A DNA stretch of 64,000 nucleotides from an uncultured Gammaproteobacteria bacterium (GTDB taxonomy: Bacteria; Patescibacteriota; Patescibacteriia; UBA9934; GWF2-40-263). The translations under genes were made by a program, and so were the position numbers. Location of the stretch: the NCBI GenBank assembly GCA_964538435.1, contig CAZIDX010000001.1, positions 139,304 through 203,303 on the forward strand. Direction: 5' to 3'. Below, piece by piece: positions 1 to 10,526 of the stretch (within the stretch, counting starts at the first letter, position 1; each line of letters begins with the position of its first letter). The notes beneath the pieces were generated by a model. That model worked only from the letters and a program-made list of their open reading frames with translations, had not been told where the DNA came from and did no database searches.

Positions 1-695
1 AGAACCCCAGGTCTCTTACTAAGAAGTTGGAGCGCGTAAAGAATCAAGTCACCAAAATCAAGCGAGTCATTCTCAAGCAAGATTGATTGATACGTATGAT
101 ACGCCCGCGCTAATTCATCGAGTCGCTTTATCTCTGCTGTCATCTCCTCAGAGGCCTGTGCAGCATCCAAATCTGCTCTCTGCTCTTCCACAAAGGCCAG
201 ATAGGCTTCAGGGTCCATGCCCATGTCCTTCAAGCGCGAGAAGTGAGTAAGCATTGAACGAATATACTTCGTAGGGTTACCAAGCGGCCTGTAATGATCA
301 AGCTCAAATCGATCAAAATTCTGTCTTGCCAAAAGCCAGGCATCAAGTTCGTTTGCAAGCTGAAAATCTGTTGGCAGACCAATCTCCACTCCAAACTCTC
401 TAAGCAGCCGCTCACAAAAAGAATGAAAGGTCGAGATCTGCAAATCAACGTACCCATAAGGCAAAAGCATATCCACCCGCTCCTCCATTTCTGCTGCCGC
501 CTTGTCTGTGAACGTTAAAGCAAGAATCTGCTCAGGCTTCACAAGCCCCTGATCAATAAGCCATGCAATCCTGCGTGTAACAACCATTGTCTTCCCTGTT
601 CCTGCACCAGCAACAATCATCAGCGGCCCTTCCTTGTGGACCACTGCATCTTTTTGCTCTTCATTGAGCATTTCAAGCAAATCTTGTGTATTCAT
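1..695 (-). CDS. pcrA: UvrD/PcrA/Rep-family SF1 DNA helicase (N-terminal part; runs off window edge)
   Basis: Manual translation from ATG at 695: MNTQDLLEMLNEEQKDAVVHKEGPLMIVAGAGTGKT...ILALTFTDKAAAEMEERV...STFHSF (Q motif, Walker A, motif Ia). Not in the ORF track because there is no stop in the window. Confidence 0.9.
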   Translation of the reverse strand, partial: MNTQDLLEMLNEEQKDAVVHKEGPLMIVAGAGTGKTMVVTRRIAWLIDQGLVKPEQILALTFTDKAAAEMEERVDMLLPYGYVDLQISTFHSFCERLLREFGVEIGLPTDFQLANELDAWLLARQNFDRFELDHYRPLGNPTKYIRSMLTHFSRLKDMGMDPEAYLAFVEEQRADLDAAQASEEMTAEIKRLDELARAYHTYQSILLENDSLDFGDLILYALQLLSKRPGV

Positions 696-820
696 ATCGC
701 AACTATCATATCATATTTAAAAAGTGCTGATTGTTGTCAAAAAACAAGACAAAACCCTTGACAAAAGCTTAAAAACAAGGTAATCCTTAATGGCCGATTT
801 TGGCTGAAAGGAAGGTATCG

Positions 821-2161
821 ATGTCACACCAACCCCCCGCACGACAGGACCAATTCCTGGATGTGCAGATCGTCCTGGGTCAACACACGATCGACCAGGA
901 CACACGACGCGTTTCGATCCTGCTCAAGGTCGAGCCTGCGAACACACCTCGCAACACAGACCGCGCACTCGACTACCGAATGGTCATCGACCGATCCGGT
1001 TCCATGTCGAGCTCAATCGGCCATGCTCACATGTCCCGACTCGAGGCTGCCAAGACGGCTGTCTCCGCGCTCGTCCGCAACCTAGGCGCCATCGATCAGG
1101 CCATGCTCTGCAGCTTCGACGACAAGGGTCGAGTGGATGTCTCCCTGGACCGCATGACCTCTGCGCGAATCAACACGATGTTGCGCAGGCTCGCTTCCAT
1201 GGAGACGGGTAACAGTACAGAGATCTCCAGCGGCGTACGCCTGGCTCTTGCACCGCAGACGCACGACAAGGTCCCCACGCGCCTGATCCTCCTCACCGAC
1301 GGTCAGAGCCACCCGAACGTCCGCAGAGATCACCAGCGACTCCTCGAGCTCGCTGATCGTTCCCGTAAGCTCGGCATCCCCTGGCTCATCTACGGAACCG
1401 GTGTGGACTACGACTTCGAGCTGCTCCAGCAGCTCCAGGCTCGCATCGGCCACGGTTCGTTCTGCAAGCACGTTCTGGACATGACTGGCTTCGAAGCTCA
1501 CCTTCAAGGTGAGCTCGCATTCCATCGCGGAATCGCCATCGAGGGCCTCAAGATCAGCGGTCAGGCCAAGTTCGGCCAGATCACCAAGGTGCTTCACTTC
1601 TGCCCCAGTCAGCAGGAGCTGCCCAACCGCGACGAAACCGACCAGAACAAGCCCTTGCCGCGTGACTACTTCACCCGCGGTGAGTTCCACGATGCTATTG
1701 GCTGCCTCGATCACTTCCGTGGTCAGCAGCTTCTCATCGAGATGGAAGTTCCACGCGTTGGCTGTGGCGTCCTCGACCTCATCGAGTTCAAGCTCGAGGG
1801 TCGTCAGCTCTCACGTGGTCTCCTGCACTTCAGCGAGCGCGTCAGTGCACAGGTCACCGTCGCTGATGATTCCAGCCAGGTCTCCAGCTACAACCCTGAA
1901 GTCCTCCGGGTCTACCAGGAAATGTCAGCTGCCCGCGCTGCCAAGCGTGAGGAGTACGAACGTGCTGCCCAGCTCTACCAGGCAACCGGCAACATGAGAG
2001 CTGCCACCGACATGCAGACCTTGCACCAGATGTCAGTGGCTGGTCACGATCGCACTGGCCTCCACCGCGAGGCGCACACCATGACCGGCGGCTACACCTC
2101 CATGTGCTTCACCGAGGAGATCGGTGTTCTGCACAACCGCGACTCGGACAGCCAACCATGA
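821..2161 (+). CDS. von Willebrand factor A (VWA) domain protein
   Basis: MIDAS motif VIDRSGSM (DxSxS) and LLTDG; ATG 821 preceded by AAGGAAGG. Confidence 0.85.
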   Translation: MSHQPPARQDQFLDVQIVLGQHTIDQDTRRVSILLKVEPANTPRNTDRALDYRMVIDRSGSMSSSIGHAHMSRLEAAKTAVSALVRNLGAIDQAMLCSFDDKGRVDVSLDRMTSARINTMLRRLASMETGNSTEISSGVRLALAPQTHDKVPTRLILLTDGQSHPNVRRDHQRLLELADRSRKLGIPWLIYGTGVDYDFELLQQLQARIGHGSFCKHVLDMTGFEAHLQGELAFHRGIAIEGLKISGQAKFGQITKVLHFCPSQQELPNRDETDQNKPLPRDYFTRGEFHDAIGCLDHFRGQQLLIEMEVPRVGCGVLDLIEFKLEGRQLSRGLLHFSERVSAQVTVADDSSQVSSYNPEVLRVYQEMSAARAAKREEYERAAQLYQATGNMRAATDMQTLHQMSVAGHDRTGLHREAHTMTGGYTSMCFTEEIGVLHNRDSDSQP

Positions 2162-2760
2162 GTGCGCTCACCTGCCCGGAGTGTGGGACCACTTATCCCA
2201 AAGGCACCCCCATGTGTCTGGATGACGGCCACATCTTCGTCAAGACAGATGCAGGTCAACAGAGCGCTGAGCTTGCAGAGGAGCCTATCCAGCTGCCGGC
2301 CCCGCGCAACGGCAAGCTGGCAAGACTCGAGCCTGGACCGGGTCCCCAGTTCTACATCGATGTGACACATGTCGATGGAACGGACTTCCCGCCAGGAACA
2401 CATCTCCAGCACTTTCCCCTCGAGCATCTCACTCGGGGCGAGCTGCGCGTAGGACGACGCACCAGAGGAAAACGGACACCCTACCAGCCTGAGGTCGATT
2501 TCCTAGACCTCATTCGAGATCACGCACTGGGAGGTCATGTGATCATCTCTCGCCTGCAGGCCACCCTGCTCATGGACGAGAGTGTTCCAGCGATTCGGCA
2601 TCAGCCCGATCAGATCACGACCTGGATACGGCGCTCAGGATCACCTGACAACAGAGCCCTGCGACCAAACCAGGTCGCCAAGCTGCGCCAACGCGACGTC
2701 ATCACATTCGGAAAGCCAGCACTGCGCTACGTGCGCGTCCGTGTTTGGTGGGACGAATAG
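2158..2760 (+). CDS. Zinc-ribbon + FHA-like domain protein
   Basis: ATGA overlap with VWA stop; CPECG..x..CLDDG zinc knuckle; FHA-like VGRR...ISRLQA...LRQRDVITFG. Confidence 0.7.
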   Translation: MSALTCPECGTTYPKGTPMCLDDGHIFVKTDAGQQSAELAEEPIQLPAPRNGKLARLEPGPGPQFYIDVTHVDGTDFPPGTHLQHFPLEHLTRGELRVGRRTRGKRTPYQPEVDFLDLIRDHALGGHVIISRLQATLLMDESVPAIRHQPDQITTWIRRSGSPDNRALRPNQVAKLRQRDVITFGKPALRYVRVRVWWDE

Positions 2761-2766
2761 ACGCAC

Positions 2767-2800
2767 AACCCCGCACTCGTTAGAGTCCGGGGTTTTCTAT
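2767..2800. terminator. Intrinsic terminator hairpin between convergent genes
   Basis: AACCCCG-CACTC GTTA GAGT-CCGGGGTT followed by TTCT. Confidence 0.6.
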
Positions 2801-2842
2801 TACGCAAATTGAAAACCGAGTCCTTTCAGACCCGGTCGTTTC

Positions 2843-3577
2843 TCAGTAGCCCAGACCGAGAGCATTCTCGATCAGAACATTATGTGAAGCCACGAATCGG
2901 CTTCCGATGTTGTCGCGCTCATCCTGAAGCGCGCGCATGAGACCTTCTTCCCGCAAGCAAGCAGGATTGGATTCGGCCAACGCACTCGCATGCATAAGCG
3001 CTCGCGCCCACTCCTCGAACTTCTCGTCCGTGGGGGCTACAGCCACGCTCAAGTAGCACTTGTACTGCCCAGGCCATTGCACACCCGCCAGTGGGAACTC
3101 ACCGCCAGCATCTGCATCCACACACGCCACGATCTCGTCCACGATGATCGGATCACGGATCTCCTCGTAGAGTTCACGGGTACCAGCGAGAGGACCACCT
3201 TCCGCAGCTTGACGCGTTCCACCGAACAGAGAGAATCGACCGCGACATTCCGGGTTGGGGTGCTTGTGATCCTTCTTCTGCAGCAGAACCGAGTCGAGTG
3301 ATGCGTTCGCGATCACGGTCACAGCTCCGAACAGCCCCATGCGCTCGAACCTCACGAGCATCCAGGACCGAATCGCAGCAGCGCGGTGTTCATTGATCGA
3401 GACACGATCCAGACGACCATTCACCTTGACAGACGCCAGCTGTCCGTTCAAGGACAGCAGAACCGCGTCATCAGCCTCAGGGATACCGAGAAGTCGGCGC
3501 ACCCAGGCGTCCTCACCCTCCTTGGCATGATCCGGGTGTCGCCCCGGAGTCAGCTCGATCGGACAACTCACCAGCAT
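2843..3577 (-). CDS. Nudix hydrolase-like protein
   Basis: Nudix box G-TRQAA-E-GGPLAGT-RELYEE; SD AAAGGAGG upstream. Confidence 0.7.
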   Translation of the reverse strand: MLVSCPIELTPGRHPDHAKEGEDAWVRRLLGIPEADDAVLLSLNGQLASVKVNGRLDRVSINEHRAAAIRSWMLVRFERMGLFGAVTVIANASLDSVLLQKKDHKHPNPECRGRFSLFGGTRQAAEGGPLAGTRELYEEIRDPIIVDEIVACVDADAGGEFPLAGVQWPGQYKCYLSVAVAPTDEKFEEWARALMHASALAESNPACLREEGLMRALQDERDNIGSRFVASHNVLIENALGLGY

Positions 3578-3660
3578 GGGACCTCCTTTGCTAGCGGAGC
3601 TAAAACTTAATAAACATTAGACATGATGTCAACCTTTAGGCTATACTTGTGTCTCCTCGC

Positions 3661-4263
3661 ATGGAAAAACATATGGAAAACAAAAAACTCGACTCAGTAG
3701 TCGATTTTCTATTCGAAACCGGAATGCTCGCTCACACCCCACGAAGCGGATTCTTTTTCCTGGGAAGCGGAGAGCAAAGCGTAGCAGAACACATCAACCG
3801 CGCATCGTTTGTAGGATACTGCCTCGCCCAACTCGCAGGAGACGTTGATGTAGGAAAGGTAGTACAACTCTGCCTGTTCCATGACGTATCAGAATCACGC
3901 ATCTCTGACCTCAACTACGTTCACCAGATGTACACAGAACGTCTAGAGGACAAGGCACATGAGGACCTTACTTCTTCCCTACCCTTTGGCGATCATATGA
4001 AGGGCCTAATTGACGAGTATGAAGATCGAGAAACAAAGGAATCAATTCTTGCCAAAGATGCAGACAACATTGAACTGATTCTTTCGCTCAAGGAGCAACT
4101 CGACATTGGCAACGAACGCGCCAAGACCTGGATTCCAAGCGCACTTGAACGACTCAAAAGCGAAGAAGCTAAAATGCTTGGAAAGCGAATCGTGGAGACC
4201 GACTCTGACCGCTGGTGGTTTGCAGACAAGACAGACGACTGGTGGGTCAACCGAAAGAAATAA
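3661..4263 (+). CDS. HD-domain phosphohydrolase (YfbR/HDDC2-like 5'-deoxynucleotidase)
   Basis: PRSG, SVAEH, LFHDVSESR, KDAD motifs; exact start uncertain. Confidence 0.8.
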   Translation: MEKHMENKKLDSVVDFLFETGMLAHTPRSGFFFLGSGEQSVAEHINRASFVGYCLAQLAGDVDVGKVVQLCLFHDVSESRISDLNYVHQMYTERLEDKAHEDLTSSLPFGDHMKGLIDEYEDRETKESILAKDADNIELILSLKEQLDIGNERAKTWIPSALERLKSEEAKMLGKRIVETDSDRWWFADKTDDWWVNRKK

Positions 4264-4265
4264 AC

Positions 4266-4294
4266 AAAAAAACCGGCCTTGCGGCTGGTTTTTT
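4266..4294. terminator. Bidirectional intrinsic terminator
   Basis: AAAAAAACCGGCC TTGC GGCTGGTTTTTT between convergent genes. Confidence 0.75.
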
Positions 4295-5180
4295 AATTAA
4301 GCTCCTTGTCAATTGCCTGCATGCTCTCAATGCGTTTTTCAATTTTTGTCTTGAATCCACTGAGTAAAATTGATGTTGCCTTAACAAGATTATCCTCACT
4401 TCCACCATCGGCTTCAATCTGATCTCTTTTTCCATAAAAAATTTCAGCTTGCCTATCTTTCAACCCAATGAAATCCAGTATCTGCTCACCACTCATCTCC
4501 TCTGAGTCCTCACCTACATCTTCTTTGCCTGCCAAGTGCTTCCAAATTTTCTCTTCAACGCTTGGGTCCAATAAAAATTCTGCTACCTCCTTTGTGTTCC
4601 TAAAAACTCGCGATTCATGCCTGAGGTTGCGATCGTATTGTTTCCTGAGCTCCTGCAATGTCAATACTTTGAATCCAAATGCTGTATCCTTGCGTCTTTG
4701 AAACGCTTGAGGATCCACCATGATTGATTTGTAAAAAAACTCAAATGGGTAATCAACCTTCACCGGCCCATCCGCCCCCTGCACCTCAACCTGCAAAACC
4801 CCACCAAGCCTTCTTACCTCTTCACCCTTGTACCGCTTATAACGCCCCTTGTTCGCAAATTTGACTCCAGGAATATTTCTCAAACGTCTCCTGATTTCAT
4901 TAAGAGAATCAAGGCTCTCAACAGCAACGTCTAGATCACCAGGAAAAACCTCTTTCAATGAATCAATATCCCTTTTCATGCCCTGCAAAAATCTAGCTGT
5001 GCTAGCAAACACAACATAATCAGGAATATCCTGAAGCGCATCACGAATCTGAGTGAGTGCTGTCTCCATTGCTTGTTGCTTAATCTCAATCGGAACATCA
5101 TCACTCTCAATATCAAGAGCCTCAGGCTGCGGCTCCTGCACCTCAGCTAATTTTGCTTGATCTAATTCAAAAGCACACAT
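4293..5180 (-). CDS. Hypothetical protein, possible nucleotidyltransferase fold
   Basis: Long ORF; YVVFASTA...PGDLDVAV resembles the hG[GS]..DhD NTase signature. Confidence 0.55.
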   Translation of the reverse strand: MCAFELDQAKLAEVQEPQPEALDIESDDVPIEIKQQAMETALTQIRDALQDIPDYVVFASTARFLQGMKRDIDSLKEVFPGDLDVAVESLDSLNEIRRRLRNIPGVKFANKGRYKRYKGEEVRRLGGVLQVEVQGADGPVKVDYPFEFFYKSIMVDPQAFQRRKDTAFGFKVLTLQELRKQYDRNLRHESRVFRNTKEVAEFLLDPSVEEKIWKHLAGKEDVGEDSEEMSGEQILDFIGLKDRQAEIFYGKRDQIEADGGSEDNLVKATSILLSGFKTKIEKRIESMQAIDKELN

Positions 5181-5265
5181 ACTTCCCAAATTGTATCACA
5201 AAACCGGCCTCTCGACCGGTTTCTTATAATCTCTATCCACCCCACAAGCAAGCTATCATCTCAAA

Positions 5266-5367
5266 CCAGTTAGGAGGTAATGTGAGAATTTCACGAGGTG
5301 GTGGTCATCTATACTTCGAGATGGCCCGGCTCCGCCGAGTGAGATACTCGCATTACCTGCTAACTGG
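5266..5367 (+). repeat. Dispersed structured repeat, copy 1 (core 5297-5336 plus inverted arms)
   Basis: Core GGTGGTGGTCATCTATACTTCGAGATGGCCCGGCTCCGCC; arms CCAGTTAGGAGGTAATGTGAGAATTTCACGA / GAGTGAGATACTCGCATTACCTGCTAACTGG. Confidence 0.9.
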
Positions 5368-5380
5368 CGTCAATCTCAGC

Positions 5381-6022
5381 CTAGGCTTTTGCTTGCTCTG
5401 CCTCCTCAATCATATCTTTCACCTTCATAAGCGTGATAATGGTTCCACGCTCCTGCTCTGCAAGTTTGTTCTGAATGAACTTGATGGTTTCCTTCATCCG
5501 AGGGATGTACACATACTCTAGCGCATTCACACGCCGCCGAGTCTTCTCAATCTCCTCTGCAAGAAGCTTTGCGCTGTGCTCAACCTCTGCGAGCCTCACC
5601 ATGCTCTCAAGTGACTCTGAGAAATTCTGCAACGCAACATCAAGCTCTGAACTTGTAAAGCTGAATCCATACGAAAGAAAGTCACCTTCCTGTTTGTACT
5701 CAAACTGAGGCACCTCTACACTCATCACGTTCTTCACCTCTGCACTGAGGTATGTCTTCATGCTCGGCAAGAGGAACGCGCTCTTTAGCACAGATGGAGG
5801 TGTCTTAGCAGATGCAAACAAGAATGCACGAAACCCCACAGCAAGCTGATCTTCAACGGTTTCCCTGAGGGTCTTTGCTTCACGAATAATCTCCATGAAC
5901 TGTTTCATGAGACCATCACGCTTGTCCTTAAGTAGCTTATAACCTCGCTGAGAGGTCTTCAGCTTGCGCTTAAGAAGCAGCAATTCTTGTCGTGTTGGAT
6001 TGACTCCTAAGGCATTTGCCAT
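5381..6022 (-). CDS. ntpD: V/A-type ATPase subunit D
   Basis: NPTRQELL, RGYKLLKDKRDGL, EIEKTRRRVNALEY. Confidence 0.95.
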   Translation of the reverse strand: MANALGVNPTRQELLLLKRKLKTSQRGYKLLKDKRDGLMKQFMEIIREAKTLRETVEDQLAVGFRAFLFASAKTPPSVLKSAFLLPSMKTYLSAEVKNVMSVEVPQFEYKQEGDFLSYGFSFTSSELDVALQNFSESLESMVRLAEVEHSAKLLAEEIEKTRRRVNALEYVYIPRMKETIKFIQNKLAEQERGTIITLMKVKDMIEEAEQAKA

Positions 6023-6027
6023 AAGGA

Positions 6028-7434
6028 TTATTCGTTATCTGACTTGTCTTCTTTCTTAGGAAGATACTTCTCAATATGATGCTCTTTGAGCCTCTTGAGC
6101 TCACGTTTTGGCAAGATAGTGAAAAGCTTCCAAGCGATTTCAAGAGTCTCTTCAATTGACCGATCATCATCCTTTCCTTGAGTGATAAACTCCTTTTCAA
6201 ACGCTTCAGCAAACTTGATGTATGCACGTTCAGCATCACTAAGAGCTGACTCACCAAGAATCACCGCAAGCTCACGAGCCTCTTTACCTGTCGCATATCC
6301 AGCAAAGAGCTGGTTAGCAACACCTGAGTGGTCATCACGTGTCTTTCCTTCTCCAATACCCTTTGACGCAAGTCGTGAAAGAGATGGAAGTGGATCAATA
6401 CATGGATAAATACCCTTTCGGTAAAGCTCTCGAGAAACAACCACCTGCCCCTCTGTAATGTAACCCGTAAGGTCAGGGATTGGGTGAGTCTTATCGTCTT
6501 CTGGCATGGTCAAGATCGGAATCTGTGTTACTGATCCTTTTCGTCCGCGAATCTTTCCTGCTCGTTCGTAGATAGTTGAAAGGTCCGTGTAGAGATATCC
6601 AGGATAACCACGTCGTCCAGGAATCTCCTTACGAGCCGCACCAACTTCTCGAAGTGCCTCACAGTAGTTGGTAAGGTCTGTCAAAATCACGAGTACATGC
6701 TTGCCTTTTTCAAACGCAAGGTACTCTGCTGTTGTGAGCGCCATTCGTGGAAGTGTGATTCGTTCAACCACTGGATCATCAGCTAGGTTGATAAAAAGCA
6801 CTGATCGCTCAATCGCCCCTGTTTTCTTGAACTCATTGATAAAAAACTCAGACTCCTCAAACGTCACACCCATCGCACCAAAAATCACACAGAAATCCTC
6901 ATCATCACCACCAGCATCAGAAACAACCTTTGCCTGACGCGCAATCTGCGCGGCAATCTCATTATGTGGAAGTCCAGCACCTGAGAAGAGTGGAAGTTTC
7001 TGTCCACGCACAAGTGTGTTAAGCCCATCAATGGTTGAAATACCAGTCTGGTAAAAGTCCTCTGGAAGCTCACGTGAGTACGGGTTGATTGGAGCACCGT
7101 TGATATCCAAATACTTCTCTGGAATCACAGCAGGCATACCATCCTTTGGATCAGCCACTCCTGAGAACACTCGTCCAAGCATGTCTGTTGACACACCGAT
7201 CTGAAGTGTCTTCCCAAGGAATGTTGCTGTTGCATTGTCCACGTCAATCCCTGATGTTCCCTCAAACATCTGCACAACCGCGTGCTTGTCTGTGATCTCA
7301 AGAACACGACCTCGTCGCTTTTCTCCATCACCAAGCTCCACCTCTACAATTTCTTCGTACATGACATCTGTAATGCCATCCACGATCACAAGTGGTCCCT
7401 GGACCTCCTTGATTGTCTTGTATCGTTTTTCCAT
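6028..7434 (-). CDS. ntpB: V/A-type ATPase subunit B
   Basis: [55 protein letters not shown]. Confidence 0.97.
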   Translation of the reverse strand: MEKRYKTIKEVQGPLVIVDGITDVMYEEIVEVELGDGEKRRGRVLEITDKHAVVQMFEGTSGIDVDNATATFLGKTLQIGVSTDMLGRVFSGVADPKDGMPAVIPEKYLDINGAPINPYSRELPEDFYQTGISTIDGLNTLVRGQKLPLFSGAGLPHNEIAAQIARQAKVVSDAGGDDEDFCVIFGAMGVTFEESEFFINEFKKTGAIERSVLFINLADDPVVERITLPRMALTTAEYLAFEKGKHVLVILTDLTNYCEALREVGAARKEIPGRRGYPGYLYTDLSTIYERAGKIRGRKGSVTQIPILTMPEDDKTHPIPDLTGYITEGQVVVSRELYRKGIYPCIDPLPSLSRLASKGIGEGKTRDDHSGVANQLFAGYATGKEARELAVILGESALSDAERAYIKFAEAFEKEFITQGKDDDRSIEETLEIAWKLFTILPKRELKRLKEHHIEKYLPKKEDKSDNE

Positions 7435-7435
7435 A

Positions 7436-9187
7436 TTATTGCGCAGAGATTAAATTCTTAATCTGATCTGCTGCTGTCTTTGCAAGTCCTTTAAGCTTGT
7501 CCTCGTCTGTCTCTAGTTTTGCTTTTGCAATCTCATCCTTAAACGGAAGCTCCGAAAGGTCTTTTACTTTTACATCCTTCTCTACAGCCTGAGTAGCATT
7601 CTCATGGAAGGTCATAATAGCCTTTAGCATGAGGTACATCCGTGCAGGAGGTGTGTATCCATCAACATCATCAAACGCAAACTGCTGCAAGTAGTCCTCA
7701 CGAATTGACTTGGCAGTATCAAGCACAACCTGCTCCTTTGCAGAGAGCGCATCAAGACCAACAAGCTTTACAATCTCCTGCAAACTGGACTCTTCCTGAA
7801 GAATTCCCATTGCTTCCATTCGCATTTCAGGCCAATCATTTCCAAAGTTCGCTCTCGCGTACTCTTCAATGTTATCCGTGTAAAGAGAGTAACTGTTGAG
7901 CCAATGAATCGCTGGGAAGTGACGTCGGTTAGCAAGCCCAGAGTCAAGCCCCCAGAACACCTTTGTCACACGAAGCGTGTTCTGTGTAACAGGCTCTGAA
8001 AGGTCTCCACCAGGAGGACTCACCGCACCAATAACAGAAAGTGACCCCTTGCGATCATCTTCTCCAAGACAGTTCACAGCACCAGCACGCTCGTAGAACG
8101 CAGCTGTTCGTGAACCCAAGTACGCTGGGTATCCCTCCTCACCAGGCATCTCCTCTAGTCGTCCAGAGATCTCACGAAGCGCCTCAGCCCATCGTGAAGT
8201 TGAGTCAGCCATAAGAGCCACATTGTAGCCCATGTCTCGGTAATACTCTGCCAAAGTAATTCCTGTGTACACAGACGCCTCACGCGCTGCCACAGGCATG
8301 TTTGATGTGTTTGCGATCATGGATGTTCGTTCCATGAGTGGCTTTCCTGACTTCGGGTCAATAAGCTCCGGGAACTCAACCAACACGTCTGTCATCTCGT
8401 TTCCACGCTCACCACAACCAATGTAGATGATGATGTCAGCATCACAATGCTTAGCAAGCGACTGCTGCGTCACGGTCTTTCCTGCTCCAAACGGTCCAGG
8501 AATACATGCTGCTCCACCTTTAACCAGTGGGAAGAATGTGTCCAAAATGCGCTGCCCAGTCACAAGCGGAGTCTTAGGCAAAACCTTTTCCTTGTACGGT
8601 CGTGGCTTTCGAATCGGCCATTTCTGCATCATTTGAATCTCAACATCTCCAACCTTCCCGATCACTTCTTCCACAGTGTATGAACCACTCTTTACTCCGG
8701 TGATCGTTCCCTCCACTCCAGGCGGCACCATGATTTTGTGCTCAATAAGATCGGTTTCTTGAACGGTTCCGATAACATCACCAGGATGCACTGGCTCACC
8801 ATCGCTCATAAGGGCCTTAAAGTCCCATTTCTTTTCACGGTCAAGTCCAGGCGCCTCAATTCCTTTTGTAATGTAAGGAGACTGAGCGATGCGTTCGATC
8901 GACTCAAGAGGGCGCTGAACACCGTCATAAATTGATTTCAAGATTCCGGGCCCAAGCTCTACAGAGAGAGGCATTCCTGTCATAAGTACTGGGTCACCTG
9001 GTTTGAGACCAGCTGTATCCTCGTACACCTGAATGGATGCCGTGTCACCCTGGAGTTTGATGATTTCACCCACAAGCTTGTGCTCACCGATTTTAACCAC
9101 GTCGAACATTCGCGCGTTGGTCATTTCAGCGGCAACCACAAGTGGTCCAGAAACCTTGATGATAACTCCGTTGTGTTCTTTCGCCAT
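7436..9187 (-). CDS. ntpA: V/A-type ATPase catalytic subunit A
   Basis: P-loop [42 protein letters not shown]. Confidence 0.97.
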   Translation of the reverse strand: MAKEHNGVIIKVSGPLVVAAEMTNARMFDVVKIGEHKLVGEIIKLQGDTASIQVYEDTAGLKPGDPVLMTGMPLSVELGPGILKSIYDGVQRPLESIERIAQSPYITKGIEAPGLDREKKWDFKALMSDGEPVHPGDVIGTVQETDLIEHKIMVPPGVEGTITGVKSGSYTVEEVIGKVGDVEIQMMQKWPIRKPRPYKEKVLPKTPLVTGQRILDTFFPLVKGGAACIPGPFGAGKTVTQQSLAKHCDADIIIYIGCGERGNEMTDVLVEFPELIDPKSGKPLMERTSMIANTSNMPVAAREASVYTGITLAEYYRDMGYNVALMADSTSRWAEALREISGRLEEMPGEEGYPAYLGSRTAAFYERAGAVNCLGEDDRKGSLSVIGAVSPPGGDLSEPVTQNTLRVTKVFWGLDSGLANRRHFPAIHWLNSYSLYTDNIEEYARANFGNDWPEMRMEAMGILQEESSLQEIVKLVGLDALSAKEQVVLDTAKSIREDYLQQFAFDDVDGYTPPARMYLMLKAIMTFHENATQAVEKDVKVKDLSELPFKDEIAKAKLETDEDKLKGLAKTAADQIKNLISAQ

Positions 9188-9190
9188 AAA

Positions 9191-9523
9191 TTAATTGTTG
9201 AATAGAATATCGCTTCCAATCGCCTGCTCAACAATCTTTTTCAAGTTTGCCAAACCGTCCTTTGTTGCCCCTTGCGGAGACGGAACAGTCACAAGCGCTG
9301 GAAGTGCTTCGTTTTTAAATGCTTCATCAAGGCTTGAGCGCACACGCGTGGCCCACTCCTCGGTAATGAATACTGCTGCAAATTGGTCTGATTTGAGTGT
9401 CTTGATGATCTCATCAATTTCACTCTCTTCCTTGATTGGCAAGCAAGCCACACCAAGAGGAATAAACCCCATGATGGCTTCCTCACTTCCAATGACACCA
9501 ATTTTGTAGTTTTGCTCTGCCAT
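9191..9523 (-). CDS. V/A-type ATPase subunit F (NtpG)
   Basis: KIGVIG..GF..LGV, VEQAIGSDIL; operon position. Confidence 0.85.
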   Translation of the reverse strand: MAEQNYKIGVIGSEEAIMGFIPLGVACLPIKEESEIDEIIKTLKSDQFAAVFITEEWATRVRSSLDEAFKNEALPALVTVPSPQGATKDGLANLKKIVEQAIGSDILFNN

Positions 9524-9524
9524 A

Positions 9525-10523
9525 TTAGTACGTATCTACAAGATGCTTTCGAATCTCTGAAGGCTCAATCTCACCAAACTTCAATGCCATGATTGTGCTC
9601 AGATTCTTGATCGCAAATTTCTTTCCAAAGTAATACGCAACCACCACTTCAGGCCCATACCCAATAAGCTTAGCCTTCTTGAGATGATCAATGATCACAT
9701 TATTGATTCCCCGAGACAGTCTCCAGATCTCCCTATCCTTCATGTAGTCCTCAATGTGCTCATCAAGCATCGGCGGAAAGTAATTTCTAAGCTGACCTAC
9801 AAATTCTGCTTCATCCGCAGAATCAACATGAGCCATAAAAACATGTAATGAGATATTCCCATAACTGTTTAAACGTTCCTTGACCCACGCAGAACTCTTT
9901 CCAAGTCTCTTTCCGCGAAGCAATAGCTTGATATTGTTTTTGTCAGCAAAGTACTTGTACAAATCAATAATAAATTGATTGCCAATCTTCTTTGCGATTG
10001 AGTGCTCAATGTGATTGAGCTTCTGGTCAACAAGATTTTCAATTCGCTCTGCATCAACCTCTTCTCCAATCTCTTGCTTAAGCTCGTCAATGTCTCTCTT
10101 TACTTTTTCATCAATCTCAGCACCAAGATCCTCAACAATATATCGTCGAAGCTGATCAATCGGGATAAGACCAGGCGCTGTCTCAAGGTGGTCCTCATAA
10201 TTCTCACCAGAAACTTTTTCTTTAAACAGTATCTTGATGTTGTAAAAATCTCGTTCAAGGAACAAAAGTCGCATGAGCTTTGGTTCAGGAATCGTCTGCT
10301 CAAACACTTTCTTGAGTCGGCTCATCTTTCGGCTCATGGCAACGCGGTAATCCTTTGCTTCCAAATCAAGAAGCTCACCCGCATAGTCAAGACTATTAAA
10401 AGCCTTAAACGCAATATCAGGCGTTTTTGCATCGATCACACGTGTCATGTCCGCATCGCTCAAAAGATGTTTCTCTAGGGAGCGAATCTTGGAACTGACG
10501 TAGATGTAATTATCGCGTGACAT
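9525..10523 (-). CDS. ntpC: V/A-type ATPase subunit C
   Basis: YVSSKIRSLEKHLL, DFYNIK, GPEVVVAYY; operon position. Confidence 0.85.
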   Translation of the reverse strand: MSRDNYIYVSSKIRSLEKHLLSDADMTRVIDAKTPDIAFKAFNSLDYAGELLDLEAKDYRVAMSRKMSRLKKVFEQTIPEPKLMRLLFLERDFYNIKILFKEKVSGENYEDHLETAPGLIPIDQLRRYIVEDLGAEIDEKVKRDIDELKQEIGEEVDAERIENLVDQKLNHIEHSIAKKIGNQFIIDLYKYFADKNNIKLLLRGKRLGKSSAWVKERLNSYGNISLHVFMAHVDSADEAEFVGQLRNYFPPMLDEHIEDYMKDREIWRLSRGINNVIIDHLKKAKLIGYGPEVVVAYYFGKKFAIKNLSTIMALKFGEIEPSEIRKHLVDTY

Positions 10524-10526
10524 GGA

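Noticed and set aside
821-3577. Prophage or integrative element explaining the GC-rich patches
   Set aside because: No integrase, structural or replication genes, att duplications or tRNA target seen; the patches are only 1-3 genes long.
5297-5304. GGTGGTGG in the repeat core as a Chi site (Haemophilus-type GNTGGTGG)
   Set aside because: The octamer is part of a longer paired, covarying structure and lies on the C-rich strand, so Chi alone does not explain the element.
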